This document shows, in pieces, positions 61,800 to 64,000 of a DNA stretch of 64,000 nt. This DNA is from Andalucia godoyi And28. Taxonomy: Eukaryota > Protista > Jakobida. The position numbers and the translations under genes were made by a program. The stretch lies in NCBI GenBank assembly GCA_009859145.1, contig VRVR01000027.1:257974-321973 (forward strand), written 5' to 3'. Position 1 is the stretch's first letter; every line of letters begins with the position of its first letter. Below the pieces are notes generated by a model. It saw only the letters and a list, made by a program, of their open reading frames with translations. It did no database searches and had not been told where the DNA came from.

Positions 61800-64000
61800 C
61801 AAAGAGAGGTGTAAGGCTTGTTTTATGTGAGTCTGGAAGAACGGATGGATGGAGAAACCCCTGTGTTGGAAGGAAAACGACGAGAAACCGTGAAACATTG
61901 GAGAGTGAAGACCACAAGAAAACGAGGAGCAGGTGGGCGCACTGGAGCTCAAGAAGCATGGGTGAGAAATGCGGATTTTGGGAACGACGTTGGGGGCACT
62001 TTGGGAGCTGGGTCCGGTGATGAGGGGATCTCTCCTCTGAGGGTGAGGAATTCCGAAGATTGTCGAGAAGGATAGAAAAACAGAGTATATTGAGAATGAG
62101 AAATTATAGAACCCCCTTTATATATCTCAGTTCCCATCATCCATTTCGTGCTTTGTGATTTCATTTGCGTGTTGATCCAATTTCCGTTTTTTCCCAATCC
62201 GCCATCGTGAAGAACAGCACTACCAAATCCTTGCTTGTGTCGAATGCAAGAAAGAGGAAGAAGTTCTTCGCAGATGACAGCGTTAGCTGGAGAACATCGG
62301 AGGTTCGAAACCTCGGTAATGATAATCCTTCGAAAGAAGGTTGTTGCAGATCGGCGATGCAGGTTGAATGGGACCCATATCCATGGGGGTTTTCTTGCAC
62401 ACAATGTCGTTTCAGAATATGCGATTCAGGTATCGCAATCACGGGGAAAACAATGAGAGAATGTTGATGACAATCTGTGTCATCTGCCTTCATCTTTACC
62501 AGCATTCAAGATCATTCCTCACGAATCAGCGGATTCATTCTTCAGAAGAAGAGGACTCTTCGAACTCGTCCGACTGATGACAGCGACATCCGCTGACTTC
62601 CTGTTTCCTTTGTATGCAGTAACGGTATGTGTCGGATTTTCGCTTTGGGGCAGTGGAGGTTGGGTTGGTGTTTCCAATCCAGTTTCAGAATGTCTGATCT
62701 GAACAACAGATGCAGATGGTGAAACAGAAGCAGTGCTGGAAACACTGTCCAATAAATTGGCAAGGCTTGGATAACGACATTTCCATTTCTCCAAAATACG
62801 ACAAGGACACCCTCTGGTTCGGCCACCGGAGCCTGAGGGATGGACAGCACAAAGAAAAGAAACTGAAGATTGGTGAATACATGCTGGACATGATGCTTCT
62901 GATTCTCGGCAAGCCACCATCACGGCAATGCGGCGCAGCTTTCTACGTCGAATGATTGTGGAATCACAGTACGCTTGTTCAGAACCAACCTTCTTCGATG
63001 GCGAACGGGGTGGTTCAGAAGAGTGGAACACACTGGCTGCGAGATTATGTCGATTCGACATGTTGCCTGAGGTGTCGAAATCATCTTCTTAAACGCAGAG
63101 GCGCCATCAGCGGAGACTAGCTGCAGAATTTCCAAGTTAAAAGTTCGACTGGCGGACACCTTGAGCGCCGAAAGGCACAAGGTTGACATGGATCTCGTTT
63201 TGCCTGCATGTGTGCTCGGATGTACGAGGACCTGAAGGGACCCCATCCTCCGTGCTATTTTGATATGTAACCGGGCATTCCTGGTTTTGGCGAGGTCCGA
63301 AGTGTCAAAAAGACTATTTAGAAGAAATGATTCTTTAATAGGGACTTCTTGACTTTGTGTTGTTCCTCCTCAGAAACGAAAAAGAATTGCACAATTTCGG
63401 AGGCCGAGGTGTTTAACCTGAAGACATGGAGTGGCATTCAAGGTGCACGCGCTCAAAAGAAACAATCGACTGTGCCACTGACGTTCCCAAGGTCATTGCG
63501 GCTTCTCAGCTTCCATTTCTTGTTGTTCGAGCTGTGATCTGTTTGACTGGATCATTCCGCGCTATCGTTCCATCTCTTCACAGCTCCAATGTTTGTTGCT
63601 AGCTTGGTCACATGCAGTCACCTCCAGGTTTGACAAAACACCAGCTCTCCCGTAGTCGCGTTCAGTTTTCGCAATGTCCTCAGGAAGGCACGATCTCTCC
63701 TGCACTCTTTAGAGATTTTCTTTCTGGTTCCGTAACTCACGAAATCTGTACTGTCGCTGAGCTCGTGCAAACAGTGAACCCCAGCACGATAGAATGGACC
63801 AAAAACTCCACGACTGTAGATGGAATCGCTCAACTACAGCCGTTGGAAATCAGAGCTCCGTTGGCAGCGATGGCAGCTCATACTCTGTTTTCACGTTGTT
63901 TGTAAAGCGCAATTTACTTGCTTTACAACTGACTGGCTTCGAGAAGATCGCTTTGAGAATTCTCGAGTGTCTGGTGGCAACCAAAAACAACAAGTCGCCT

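Noticed and set aside
62295-62320. tRNA T-arm-like hairpin GAGGTTCGAAACCTC
   Set aside because: Only a 4-bp stem, with no D-arm, anticodon arm or acceptor stem at the right spacing.
62000-64000. Genes in the last 2 kb
   Set aside because: Only short ORFs with no recognised motifs. A spliced gene is possible but could not be assembled by eye.

Overview
This looks like eukaryotic DNA from an intron-poor, probably protist-like host; that is inferred from a eukaryotic-type PLD, Ser/Thr kinases, a KEN RNase domain and signal-peptide/GPI-type proteins. The window has three parts. (1) 1-21233 is a large inverted duplication. Arms 1-8323 and 12911-21233 mirror each other (coordinate sum 21234 for every ORF pair). 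Each arm holds an unknown 1008-aa gene, a phospholipase D and a decayed Tc1/IS630-type transposon. The arms enclose a 4.6-kb unique spacer with one gene, a dynamin-like GTPase fused to a trypsin-fold protease that has Cys at the nucleophile position (GDCG). The right arm starts exactly at the transposon tip. (2) 21.3-29.4 kb is a head-to-head pair: a kinase with near-identical TPR repeats whose variation is concentrated on one helix face, and a kinase-KEN (Ire1/RNase L-type) ribonuclease with an unusual N-terminus. Together with the PLD and the dynamin-protease this is my best candidate for an undescribed innate-immunity or defence locus. (3) About 36.8-62 kb is a patchwork of virus- or prokaryote-like and mobile genes: a ResIII-type helicase, three giant-virus-type GIY-YIG genes, a serine recombinase, a CE-clan-like protease with a decayed paralogue, a chromo-like/RING protein and a DIRS retrotransposon relic. 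These are mixed with host-like surface proteins, three co-oriented arrays of one ~91-bp unit (24 units in all) and a G-rich minisatellite. No rRNA, tRNA or CRISPR array could be supported. All family calls come from motifs recognised by eye; no database search was run. An assembly artefact cannot be excluded for the inverted duplication.
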